Source of the DNA: a virus
Lineage: Duplodnaviria; Caudoviricetes
Strand: one strand, 5' to 3'
DNA: 64,000 nucleotides
Virus record (IMG/VR): IMGVR_UViG_3300021255_000140
Location: 39,513-103,512 of that record
Shown here: positions 35,642 through 46,100 of the stretch, in pieces
How the letters are laid out: every line of letters begins with the position of its first letter
How positions within the stretch are numbered: the stretch's first letter is position 1
Made by a program: the position numbers and the translations under genes
The notes under the pieces: model-generated
Seen by the model: only the letters and a program-made list of their open reading frames with translations
Told to the model about the DNA's origin: nothing
Database searches by the model: none

Positions 35642-38183
35642 AATATTCTATTTTCACTATGACTTTGCCGTCATTTAGGGAAGCGTCGTCAGAAATGGAA
35701 AAGCTCATCTTTTCGTTTGTTATGCCGTCAAGAGTGCCTTTCATTTTCTCTTGATAACCAGTAATTGTAACAAAAGTGTTTTCTTCGAACAATCCGAGTT
35801 TCAACCATCCGCTGGGGAATTTGACTGTAACCTTTCCCGTGTCATCTCTTACGATTATGCCATTTTTATCCGAAACGGAACTGGAGGAACCTTCGTTGAA
35901 TGTAGAACCATCAAACGTGCTGATTCCTCTTATGGTAATTTTATCGTCATCTGTTCCTATGATGCCACGCATGATGACAATGGGTATATTCGTGAAATTC
36001 CCTCCGCTGATTTTCGTTTTTACACCGCTACTGTCAATGCTAAATCCATATCCATTTGTTTCGCACGAGAGAGCCATCCGGCCATCTGCATCCTGTCTTA
36101 AGAAAATATAGTTTTCGTTACTTGTTCCGAAGCACAATCCGTTGGCAAAATATCTGCTGACATAGAAATCGCTGTTATACGATGCGCTTATAGCCACACC
36201 TTGATTGACGTTTGTTCCCCAAGATGCCACAGCAGAACTAACACCATCGCCAGAATAATGATAAGCTTGCGTTTCATACTCCATGACAAGCATGTGATAA
36301 CCTGCAGGAACTTTGACTTTTGCTTCACTCAAATTTTTCCTTTTGGCCTCCGTCTTTCCAGTAGGTTGGGCTTCTCTTATAGAAACTCCAAGATCGGCGA
36401 CTTTTGTTATGGCTATCAATTCATTCATTTCTGAATCGGAAAAAGTCTTTACCTTTAGGTTTAACCTTGAATAGGTAAGACAAATACCTTCACAAGCGGG
36501 AACAGATGCAGATACCATCATAGACCCGCTTACCTTCAGTTCGGTTGGGGTTGTAGTATGTAGGCAACTGTTCATGAGATTTAATTCGCCATTATTGTGC
36601 TCTGCTTGGTCGGCATTAGCTTCTGACCTTTGCGTATTGTTAGCATTGGTGTTAAGTGTTATTGCTCCAGAAGCGTTATTGAACAACTCAGACAGTGCAT
36701 GGTATGTATTTCCTTCAAAAATCGATACAACCTCGCCGTTTTCGCCAAAGATGTTAATGCTCTTTGTGTCAGGGTCTATTTCGACTCTCTTCCCTTCGGT
36801 TGCGCCTGCTATTATCTTCCCGAGAATTTCAGCTCCTATTGCCTGCAATATACCTTCCATCGTCACACGGAAAGACGCATCTTCCGGGTTTGAAGCACCT
36901 GCCCATATAGGGTAGTCCCCACCTCCCATACCAGCGACTATCGTTCCATCATCTTTCTGGACGAGGAGTTGGTTTGTCTGCGAAAAACGTATTCTGCTGT
37001 ATGTAGCGAGTATTATAGGTGTGAAAATCGGAGCGAGATCGTTGAATTTTACCCAAAATTCTCCTTCTCTAAGAGGTTGCTCGGATGAATTGTGAGATTT
37101 CCTACACTTGTATGCCTCGTAGTTATTCGCAGTAGCGCCTGGTTTTATTGCGATGTCAATGTATCGTGTGCCTGACGTAAGTTTCTCGTCATTGTGGTAC
37201 TCGACGTTTTCTTGCCACTCCGTGATGCGTAAGATACATCCGTCTATGCCTTTTGCGCCCTGTTCGCCCATTATGGCACAGATATGGTATCTGACGACAT
37301 CGCTCCCGTCGTCGTAATATGTGATTGTCTTGTTCCACAAGTAAGGCTTTTCCGGTGTCGGTGCAGCAGAACTTGTTAAAGGTTTCCAATCCGAAGGGCT
37401 GATGTCTGACGGGTATGAACTTGCTGTGTCTGATGGTCGAGAATATGCCGAGGTTGCGTATGTCTCATCTGTACCCAGCATGGATTTCGCCATGTGGCCT
37501 ATGCAAATAGGCGGAGTGACATATTTGTTTCCACGGCTGTCATAACTTATCTCGAAGTTCCACAGATATTTGCTATCCTCCGTAGGCTCAGGCATTTTTT
37601 CATTTGACCAGTTTCCGGCGATTGTCACTTTCTCTTCGCTTGTATAACGGGCAATGCCCTCGACAAATTCTTTTTCATCAGGCCAACCGCTCGGAGCTTC
37701 AGAATCACTATCATAATAAGCGTAGTACTCCTGCGTCCCTGCATAGAAAGCTCCGGTACCTATCTGTGACACTGAATAGGAGTCGGTTGAACTTCCTCCA
37801 GTGTATTCGATATGCGTTTTAGTATATAGCCAATAACCGTCAGTAAGTGACGATGGGAATGTACCCCAGTCCGTTATGGTGGACGGATCTACACTCGTGG
37901 CTTGCTGACTATATGTGACTGTGGAACGCTGAATACCTCGTCCGTCAATGCCCATTCGCGACACGGAGTAGGAGTCTGTCGCAGTACCGTCGGAGTACTC
38001 TATGTGCGTCCACGTCCACAGATAACTGCCGTTTGAGACGGATGGGACTGATGTGCTCCATCCGCTCGTCGGCTTTGTCGTTCCGCTTGTGCCTGTGGCA
38101 TATTGAATGACATTCATCGTGACGGAAACTCCCTTACCGTCCTGTGCCGCCCATCTGACAGGGAAAGCTCCTTTTATTAGCAT
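35634..38183 (-). CDS. tail fibre / host-specificity protein
   Basis: Repeated Y...S...P..W....YLW units in the N-terminal part, short GxxGxxG stretch; tail module location. Confidence 0.75.
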   Translation of the reverse strand: MLIKGAFPVRWAAQDGKGVSVTMNVIQYATGTSGTTKPTSGWSTSVPSVSNGSYLWTWTHIEYSDGTATDSYSVSRMGIDGRGIQRSTVTYSQQATSVDPSTITDWGTFPSSLTDGYWLYTKTHIEYTGGSSTDSYSVSQIGTGAFYAGTQEYYAYYDSDSEAPSGWPDEKEFVEGIARYTSEEKVTIAGNWSNEKMPEPTEDSKYLWNFEISYDSRGNKYVTPPICIGHMAKSMLGTDETYATSAYSRPSDTASSYPSDISPSDWKPLTSSAAPTPEKPYLWNKTITYYDDGSDVVRYHICAIMGEQGAKGIDGCILRITEWQENVEYHNDEKLTSGTRYIDIAIKPGATANNYEAYKCRKSHNSSEQPLREGEFWVKFNDLAPIFTPIILATYSRIRFSQTNQLLVQKDDGTIVAGMGGGDYPIWAGASNPEDASFRVTMEGILQAIGAEILGKIIAGATEGKRVEIDPDTKSINIFGENGEVVSIFEGNTYHALSELFNNASGAITLNTNANNTQRSEANADQAEHNNGELNLMNSCLHTTTPTELKVSGSMMVSASVPACEGICLTYSRLNLKVKTFSDSEMNELIAITKVADLGVSIREAQPTGKTEAKRKNLSEAKVKVPAGYHMLVMEYETQAYHYSGDGVSSAVASWGTNVNQGVAISASYNSDFYVSRYFANGLCFGTSNENYIFLRQDADGRMALSCETNGYGFSIDSSGVKTKISGGNFTNIPIVIMRGIIGTDDDKITIRGISTFDGSTFNEGSSSSVSDKNGIIVRDDTGKVTVKFPSGWLKLGLFEENTFVTITGYQEKMKGTLDGITNEKMSFSISDDASLNDGKVIVKIEYFV

Positions 38184-38185
38184 AG

Positions 38186-38587
38186 TTATTCGTATTCTTT
38201 CATTACTTCTTTAGCGGCATCCGCACATAATTCCCTGAATGTACAGAAGTCAGTGAACTTTGTGACATCAGAAGACTGCATTCCTTGCTTGAAATCATCC
38301 CAAGTTTCAGCATTTCTGACGGATTCCAATATTCCTTCCACTGCGTTCATGAGCAGTCCGAACTCGTCTTTTTGGGCAAAACCAGCCTCAATAAGCTGGC
38401 TTTTGATGTGGCCATAGTCTATCTGAGAGTCTATCTCCACGGGGATGAAGGAAAAGCCGTCAACCTTGGTGCCGCTCTCGTCCATCTGCTTCTCTGCCTT
38501 TATGTCAAGGCACACGATGTGAGTCTCTTTGTCGTAAACTGCTGGCTCGTTCTTCTGCCAGCGTCTTTGAAGATTTCCTGTAATCAT
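38186..38587 (-). CDS. hypothetical protein downstream of the DGR RT
   Basis: 133 aa ORF. Confidence 0.65.
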   Translation of the reverse strand: MITGNLQRRWQKNEPAVYDKETHIVCLDIKAEKQMDESGTKVDGFSFIPVEIDSQIDYGHIKSQLIEAGFAQKDEFGLLMNAVEGILESVRNAETWDDFKQGMQSSDVTKFTDFCTFRELCADAAKEVMKEYE

Positions 38588-38605
38588 GATTCTTCTTTTT
38601 TATGG

Positions 38606-40030
38606 TTATACAAAACTTACTATCTCCTTGGTGTCCTCGAAGACGACGTTGCCGTTCTCCTCGATCACCTTGCGCCCGTCGATTTCGAGAATGTCCGTCT
38701 GCTCCTCGTCAATGCCGTAGCGCATAGAGCCGCGGTCTATGAACACGGTCTTGAACCGAGTGACCTTGTTCCTGGTCATGTCTGCCAAGAACGTCTTTAT
38801 CTCCACAGCGTTCACTATGAGTTTATATGTGTCGCCCATGAAGCGCACACGCAAAGCGTACCTGCCCTCACCCTGCGAGGTCTTGATGTTGGCTATCCAC
38901 TTTTCAACCTCCACGGGCTTGGTAAGCAACATCTGCATGCCAATCTTCGGAGCATCGATGAATGGAGTGCCGTTGGCATCCACACGTTCCGTCCGCTTGA
39001 TGCCGCAGTTAGCAATCTTTACCATGTCTTTCTTCTTGATAGTACGTCCGGTCTTCTTGGTCCACAGGCGCTTGCAATGGGAGTTGCCCCATTTCAGCAT
39101 TCCCCACGCTGCATCGTCCAGCTCTCTCAGACGCTTTGGGTTGCTGACATCGGCACGATGCTTCAGCCAACTAACCTTGTCCGACTTCCTCCACCACATA
39201 TCCTTCCTGTTGCCGTAGAAGACGAAACCCATCATGTCTATGCCTTCATAGACTCTGTGTATCTTCGGCTCATGCAGCTGAAAGCCTTTGTCTGCAAGGA
39301 ACTTCCTGGCTCTCTTCATTTTCCATTTCACCTCGCCCTTGGTGGCTCCAGTGAACATGAAATCGTCAAGATAGCGGACGTAGCCCGCTGCATGCACATC
39401 CTCTAACATGAAATGGTCGAAAGGACACAATACGAGGTTGCCTGTAATCTGACTCGGACGGATGCCGAGGGGTATGCCTATGCCGTCGGGCGAGAAACGC
39501 TCGAACGGCTCCATGAATGCCTCGATGAACTTCTTGTCTTTGAACAGGTGGACGAGGGCCGAATGTATCTGCCCGTGGTCGATGCTGTCATAGTACTTGC
39601 GAATATCGCCCTGCGCATACCATCGTTCCTGCCCTCTGTACTTTCTGAGGTTCTTCTTGATGGATAGTGCACAGGCAATCTGCCCGTACCCTTTACGGCT
39701 TGCGTATGTATGTCGTATCAGCGACCTGTCAACTCTCCTGTCGGCTGCCATCGTCAGCAGCTGGTGCTCGATGTGGGATGGGTGGAAATAGACCTTCGAT
39801 ATGTCACGGAGCTTGTTCTGACCGCTGATCCTCTGTTCGTGCATGTACTCATCGGTACGCATCCTGCCCTCCAAGACCATCTGCTGTATCTCGCACAGAT
39901 TCTTGAAGCGGCTCTTGATGTGTCGCTGCACTCCAGGGTTGCGGTTCTTCCGCTTCGTGGCGACATTCTCAGCCTCCACGATGTTCTCCCACTGAGCCAT
40001 CTGCTCATATATGTAACCGGCTCTCTTCAT
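38606..40030 (-). CDS. DGR reverse transcriptase with a C-terminal extension of about 140 aa
   Basis: QGDIRKYYDSI, GIPLGIRPSQ (DGR SQ signature), YVRYLDDF, GIDMMGF; adjacent TR/VR pair. Confidence 0.95.
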   Translation of the reverse strand: MKRAGYIYEQMAQWENIVEAENVATKRKNRNPGVQRHIKSRFKNLCEIQQMVLEGRMRTDEYMHEQRISGQNKLRDISKVYFHPSHIEHQLLTMAADRRVDRSLIRHTYASRKGYGQIACALSIKKNLRKYRGQERWYAQGDIRKYYDSIDHGQIHSALVHLFKDKKFIEAFMEPFERFSPDGIGIPLGIRPSQITGNLVLCPFDHFMLEDVHAAGYVRYLDDFMFTGATKGEVKWKMKRARKFLADKGFQLHEPKIHRVYEGIDMMGFVFYGNRKDMWWRKSDKVSWLKHRADVSNPKRLRELDDAAWGMLKWGNSHCKRLWTKKTGRTIKKKDMVKIANCGIKRTERVDANGTPFIDAPKIGMQMLLTKPVEVEKWIANIKTSQGEGRYALRVRFMGDTYKLIVNAVEIKTFLADMTRNKVTRFKTVFIDRGSMRYGIDEEQTDILEIDGRKVIEENGNVVFEDTKEIVSFV

Positions 40031-40264
40031 TCTGTTCTCTTGCTATCGTTTCTATGTGAAGCGTTCAAATCCTAACAAGGCTTACTAACATCACGGGCTG
40101 GGTGGCTGACCACAACCAGCGCAAGGTGAATGTTGTTCCGACCAACACGTGCTTTACATACGCGCACGCTGCCGAGGCTCGTGGTATTCGGGTGCGTCCC
40201 CATGACGCAGTACTGACACCCTAAGATTTTCACAGGAGTCCTGAGACTTCCGTTTAACGTAGTT

Positions 40265-40373
40265 AGGCGAGCCGAGTAGTTCGCGTTCGAGTTCGTCCAA
40301 GCGTTGTTCGAGTTCGCATACGCGAGGCCGCAATTCGACCCGTTGTTCGAGTTACCGCCAAACAGCCACAGCT
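40265..40373 (-). repeat. DGR template repeat (TR)
   Basis: 109 bp matching 40579-40687; 11 mismatches, all at TR adenines (minus strand); AAC-rich. Confidence 0.95.
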
Positions 40374-40494
40374 CACATACCATTTTGCCTACCATCGGAG
40401 AATGGGTTTTTGAAGTTCTTCTGAGTCAAAAAGACCCGACTTTGATTTTTACATTATTTTACTTTTCTTTATTTCTTGATTCAGCGTTCAACCG

Positions 40495-40509
40495 CGCCTT
40501 TTCAAGGCG
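40495..40509 (-). promoter_or_regulatory. DGR target-recognition hairpin (GAA loop)
   Basis: Minus strand CGCCTT-GAA-AAGGCG just past the target stop codon. Confidence 0.55.
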
Positions 40510-40517
40510 TGAAGGTG

Positions 40518-41855
40518 CTACGCTGCCAATGCTTTGAACTGGGTTGCACTTACCTTGTTAAGGCTACCATAGTAAGCAAGGCGAGCCGAGCAGTTCGCGT
40601 ACGAGGACGTCCAAGCGCTGTTCGAGTGCGCAGACGCGAGGCCGCAATTCGACCCGGCGTACGAGTCACCGCCAAACAGCCACAGCTGTCCTGATGCTGA
40701 ATACCAGAAGTTATCGCCATAGCTTACACCCGAAAGGGATTGCTTAGGTATCATATAGACACCCTGTCCCTGCTGGCTCTCGATGATATTCATGCCTGTG
40801 ACGGCACTTGTGGCACGTGTCAGCTTGACATGCTCCACATTGGCAAACGACTCAGCCGTAGGAGTGTCAGTAGGTAGCCAGTTGTGCCTCCAGCAATAGA
40901 CATCGGTGCCTACAGAGCAGAGACCCTGTACCATTTCCCACTTCTGACCCCAAGGGTTCTCGAAGCCTGCCACGTTGACACAATGGCAAGTGTTGCTGTT
41001 GGCATCCGTGGTGGCCACGTTTCCGTCATAGTCACCTAAACTGAGGACGATACCTGTCTTGATGTTCTTCTGACCGTCGAAGCCACCGCTGTTCTCCGTT
41101 CCGTCGAGGCCAACACCCCAAATTAGAGTATTGTCAGAGCCTTTGCAGTTCTGAGAGTCACGATAGGCATACTTCGCCATCATGTGGAACAGCAGGTGGT
41201 TACGGAAGTCGAGGTTCGCCAAGCCGTGGTTCTTGCTCCTTGCCTGTGCCTTCGTCCAGAACTCATTGATGGTGTAGCTATCAGCAGTCACCAGTCCGGG
41301 GAGGCTTCGCAGGGCGCTCGACACGACGCTTGCCTTGAACTTGCCGACAACCATCTGAGGGATGATGTAACCGCCGGGCAACGGAACGAGAGAAAGCCAA
41401 AGACGCGGAAATGTAGTATCTCCAGCAGTGATAGTCTGCACACGTCCGTAAGTAACGGGGATGATTTTCATAAAGTCGCCATGTGCAAACTCCGAGACTA
41501 TCGTGCCGTCTGCGTTAAGCAGGTAGTCGCCTTCCGCTGTGTAGCGGTTGTCGTTCCTGTTCAGCTCGCAGTAGTTGCCGTGCTCGTCCATCAGCACAGA
41601 TATGGCGGCATTCTCCCATAACTGACGCATATTCATGTTCCCTCCGACATCTACTCTCGTTGAGCCTAAACTTGATGCTTTGTTTACATCAATGTAGAAA
41701 GCGAGAGAGTTCAGTGCGAGTTCATCATCATTGTTAAGGGCGTTGCGTAAATTCTTTAGCGTGATTTGTCCTACTTTTCCTCCGAAATTTCCGAAGATGC
41801 TATTGCCGTCGCTCATAGAAGCGACATAGTCTTTTTCTGTAAGTGATTTTGACAT
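40518..41855 (-). CDS. DGR target protein, C-type-lectin-fold tail receptor-binding protein
   Basis: GFENPWGQKWEMVQG, LFGG.S..GS.CG...SARL; VR at the C-terminus. Confidence 0.9.
   Translation of the reverse strand: MSKSLTEKDYVASMSDGNSIFGNFGGKVGQITLKNLRNALNNDDELALNSLAFYIDVNKASSLGSTRVDVGGNMNMRQLWENAAISVLMDEHGNYCELNRNDNRYTAEGDYLLNADGTIVSEFAHGDFMKIIPVTYGRVQTITAGDTTFPRLWLSLVPLPGGYIIPQMVVGKFKASVVSSALRSLPGLVTADSYTINEFWTKAQARSKNHGLANLDFRNHLLFHMMAKYAYRDSQNCKGSDNTLIWGVGLDGTENSGGFDGQKNIKTGIVLSLGDYDGNVATTDANSNTCHCVNVAGFENPWGQKWEMVQGLCSVGTDVYCWRHNWLPTDTPTAESFANVEHVKLTRATSAVTGMNIIESQQGQGVYMIPKQSLSGVSYGDNFWYSASGQLWLFGGDSYAGSNCGLASAHSNSAWTSSYANCSARLAYYGSLNKVSATQFKALAA
40579..40687 (-). repeat. DGR variable repeat (VR)
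   Basis: 3' end of the target gene; adenine-specific divergence from TR. Confidence 0.95.
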
Positions 41856-41874
41856 ATCTTTGTATTTTATTTTA

Positions 41875-42945
41875 TTAACTTATCTCAGCAGTGACCTGCA
41901 CATCGCAGTCTGCGTATTCGTCTTTCCCATCATGTTGGATGATGCAATACTCTGGAAGTATCGTGACTGTAGAGCCTGTACCTTCTGCCGTCTGCTCTCC
42001 AAGGGCATTGAAGACAACCCATGAGTATGTAATGTTGCCGTCCGTCTGTAGTACGCCATTTTTATACAAAGACAGCGTATATACGGCATTGTGATTGACA
42101 CCGACATAGTTACTGCCAGCGTTTGTTGGCTGTGCAACAATCTGGTATTCATCTGCGATGTCGTTAATTCTCTGGCTGTCCTGCGCCACGAGATTACCAT
42201 TGAGGAGGAGTTTGGCAACAAAGATGCTCCCGCCGTTGACCATATCCCTTGTGACTGTTATTTGCCGAGATGTCTGCGACATCTTCTCGCCGTTGTTGTA
42301 CCATTCAACCGTGTACCCGTTTGAACCGATGGTAACGGATGATGCTCCGTAGTAAGCCACAGCAGTAAGCGTTGCCGTTGTGTTTTCACCGTCAAGTTCC
42401 ACTCTGTTGGTAGTCACCTGTACTATATGGCTGTCGGAACCGGCAGTCTGAATAATGACATCAACTGAACCCTGCACTCTGTCCGTCAGAGTATTGCTGA
42501 CATAGCCGACATCGTAGGTAATCTGCCTGTTAGCTACGGCGGAAACGGATGCGAGGTCGCCGATGATTTTCAGTTCTCTAAAATTGCCGTTGATGCGTGC
42601 CTGAAACCTGCTGTCATTAGTCGCAGTTACCCAGTTGCTCCCGTCATAGACGAAATTCAGCGTAGAACCGTTATACGCCCATGTTACATCGCGGATGCTT
42701 GCATTATATCCCGCTGCGCTCTTGACCGCAAGTTGGATGATTGGCTGTGCATCAAGAACTCTCTCCAAATCATCACCGCTCTTGCCTTCGGCGTTCCACG
42801 TCGGGACTACATCGCCGCTTGTCGTATCTACCGACTGGAGCAAAGCCACACCGTCGTCATTACGATTGATGATATTCCTCACTATAATTATCTGGTCTCC
42901 GTTTCTAAGAAAGCGGACGGAGAAAGCCGCACCTGCTGTACTCAT
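41875..42945 (-). CDS. minor tail protein (Ig-like repeats)
   Basis: Beta-rich; EWY.NG...ITVTRDMVNG..F. Confidence 0.7.
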   Translation of the reverse strand: MSTAGAAFSVRFLRNGDQIIIVRNIINRNDDGVALLQSVDTTSGDVVPTWNAEGKSGDDLERVLDAQPIIQLAVKSAAGYNASIRDVTWAYNGSTLNFVYDGSNWVTATNDSRFQARINGNFRELKIIGDLASVSAVANRQITYDVGYVSNTLTDRVQGSVDVIIQTAGSDSHIVQVTTNRVELDGENTTATLTAVAYYGASSVTIGSNGYTVEWYNNGEKMSQTSRQITVTRDMVNGGSIFVAKLLLNGNLVAQDSQRINDIADEYQIVAQPTNAGSNYVGVNHNAVYTLSLYKNGVLQTDGNITYSWVVFNALGEQTAEGTGSTVTILPEYCIIQHDGKDEYADCDVQVTAEIS

Positions 42946-43163
42946 TCTTCTTCTCTTTTTAACTCGTTAATGACTTCCCCGTGTGTCATCAGAACTCCTC
43001 CGAGTGAACGCGCGGCAAAGTCCGTGTTTTCATTCACTTTCTTCAACTCGTTTTCGTTAACGACCATCTTCGTTCCTTTCCCGGCAAGCCTATGACACTT
43101 GGGGTCAAATCCGCATTTCTCGCCTCTTTGGGCATCTATGATACTATATTTCATGTCAGTCAA
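42942..43163 (-). CDS. small tail-region protein
   Basis: 73 aa, overlaps both neighbours. Confidence 0.6.
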   Translation of the reverse strand: MTDMKYSIIDAQRGEKCGFDPKCHRLAGKGTKMVVNENELKKVNENTDFAARSLGGVLMTHGEVINELKREEE

Positions 43164-46100
43164 TCAAGTATTCTCCATTTTCGTCAACTAATACTACTCC
43201 ATTCTCATCGGTAACTAACTCACTGACTTTGTGCGCATCGCACTCAAACCAGTAGTCAAACCAACTGTCGTTTTTAGTTACGCCCATACCGATGTCAGAA
43301 ACCTTTACGGCAAGATTCTCACCATGCTGCCAAGGTAGAGCATCCTTGTATCTCCACGTTCCGTTGTCATTATATTGTGTCTGCGTAAACCAGCGTAACA
43401 AATAGTACAACTCGGGAAATTCCACAACCCTGTCCCTAAGTTGAAGCAATGCGGTGTTTCTGTATATGTTCTGGTTTGGAACAATGTCTGCGCTGAACAT
43501 TCCTTGGCCACTTGCAGGCATCGTCGTTTCTCTGTTAAGCCCGATAGTGGCTCGTGCGACAATTTCGCCGTCCTTGACGAATTGCACCTCGTACTCACCA
43601 GAGTCAATCATCCTCATGTCAAACTTAATAGTAGGGTAGAGGGCTTCTGTAAGCTCAGGTGATGTTTCTGAATTTGGCTCAAGCGCCGTTGATGTCCCGA
43701 GTTTAACAATCCTCATCTTTATCCCGTCGTTGAGCGTGCTATATTCAATATCCATTTCGCCGACTGTGGATGTTGGTGCTGTTCCTTCAGGTTGTATAAC
43801 TTCTTCTGTTCCGAGATAGTCGACTTTTATTGGAAGACCGATGTTTCTGTCAAGGACATAATCTTCGTGTTCATCAAGTTCGTAGTCAAACATCACTCCG
43901 GAGAGATAGTCCTTAATCTCCTGTCTCATTTGTTCGAACAGATCTTCATCAGCCATTCTGTCATCAAATGCGTAACGGCTGTCAATAATATTTAGCTCAG
44001 AACTAATAGAGAATGTGTTGCTTTGGTCATAGGACAATGTCGTTACTCCAGTGTATTTTTCACATCTTCCTTGTGAGTACTTCCCTCTTGCTGCTTTTTT
44101 AGGCAGTCTTACCTCAAAGTAATATTTTGAATTATCATTGTTGCCATCATAAACGCGATACTCGTCACCAAACATAATGTCACATTGACCGAGGTCAACC
44201 GTCATGATTTTCTTTGTCGCTGCCGACACTGTAAGTTCATCTTTTACTGTGCCGAGATTTTTCGTACCATAAGGGAACACGACTACACTTGGGCCAATGC
44301 CGTTCAGCTTTCCTTTTATGGTCGTGATTTCAATGAAATTATCAATAATATAATTTTCATAATCATTTAGTTCATACAATAGCATCTTATCTACCAATGA
44401 TGCCCTTATGTCAGCAATCAAAGCATCCCATTGTTCTTCATCATCAAACCTTGCATCCTCGGAGAAATCATCATCCATTATCTCCACATAACTTTTGCCT
44501 TGTAAGGTGTAGATATAGAAGTTGTTGGAAGATGCAGCACTTATTCCATAAGAAGCCGAATATTTCTTGTTAAACAAGCCATTCATTACGGCAGATGTGA
44601 AAGCCTTTGCATTCTTAGGTAATTCAAGGATAAAGGAATACACCGTATCTCCACCTTCTTCTTCAGGAGCATAACCCTCGTAATTCAATGTAATGGGCAA
44701 TGTGGTCAAGTCATTCACTTGTAAGAATTTCTTGGTGGCAACATTGCCAATGATTGTATCTTGCACACCATTCATTCCTGCCATGCCATTCTGGAACACC
44801 ACAATACTTTCACCACTACCGTTCAATTTGCCTGTCTGTGTTTTGATGTTCAATGGCAAATTACTCTCCCAATAAGGCTCATAAGTGTCGTTCTTGGCAG
44901 GGTCGGAGATGTTGATGCATAACCCAGATGCTCTAACCATTTCGATGGTGATTGCGCCAGAGACAGCTCGAAGGACAACAAGCCCAAAAGCTGCGGATGA
45001 CGGAGCTTCAACAAGAGCAGACCAATCCGCATTACCCAAATAGTTATGCTCTGCGTCATACCATCCGATACCATTGCTATCCTGTCGAATATTAGTACCA
45101 ATCTTTATATAATATAACGAACCTCCGACAACAGGCATCCAGCACCTAACCACAGAAGTATTATCCACCAACACACCAGTTGTCCGATTATAAGTTCCAA
45201 ACTCACACCCCGATAGGTCTATCTGATTGAACCCTACTGTCTTTAGGCTTTCTGCGTTGAAATTCAACACTTCTCCAGTATTGTAAGGGTAGTATTCATT
45301 AGGAAACATTGCCTCAAATTCCTCGACAGTAGCAGGCTCATTGCCAGCACCGAACATTAGGGTGAGGTCAAATATCTTGACATATACAACTTTGTTGTTA
45401 AGCACTGTGCCAATGGAAGGCCCTGTAAAGTCCATTGCAAGATTTGTAAAACCAGTGTAAGAACAAGTTCTAATATCTGCGAGTTTTCTTTTGCTTGTAA
45501 CACCCCCTAATGCAGTTCGAATAGTTACATATTCAATACCACTACCTCCCGTGTAATATTTATGACCAGAAATAAGTTTTACTGCATCTCCTGTTTGTAC
45601 ATTAAAAGAATTTGTGGCAGAAATTGTGCCGTTCAAATTGATACTATATTCACCTCTTGTTAATTTGACTTCAACGCCAGATACCGTATCAGTTCTTGTG
45701 GGAACATTAACGGGATTGAATGACTGATTCCACACCACACTCTTTCCTCGCATTGCCGTGAGTTGGGCAACGTCTGGGTTAGCGGTAAGCTGACCGTTTG
45801 CGGTCTTTCTGAAAAGAAAACCATCGCTTGTTTTGACTTGGTTTTCGTAGTTAAGCTCTTTCAACCCTTTTGTAAGTAGGACATTTATTTCCTGCTCGTA
45901 ACTCTTTCCATCGTTTGCTTCTGCGCGTGTGCCTGATACCATCATGCCGAGAGCCTTCTTGTGCTCCCAAAGTAAAAGATTGTCGTAAAGCGGATCGTAA
46001 GTCACGAGGGGCTTATCTACTGAACATTGTATTACATCGGTACCTTTTTCCGTGCATGTCAAAGCTATCTCGTTGCTTTCGACGTCATAAGTAATTCCTG

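Noticed and set aside
38285-39406. 373-aa plus-strand ORF antisense to the RT
   Set aside because: Shadow ORF from GC3-biased codons of the RT gene; no motifs.
38606-40030. Group II intron or retron RT
   Set aside because: The TR/VR pair with A-specific mismatches and the SQ motif identify a DGR.
40072-40395. 107-aa ORF spanning TR as a second target or Avd
   Set aside because: It is the TR read in the VR frame followed by spacer sequence; not Avd-like and probably non-coding.
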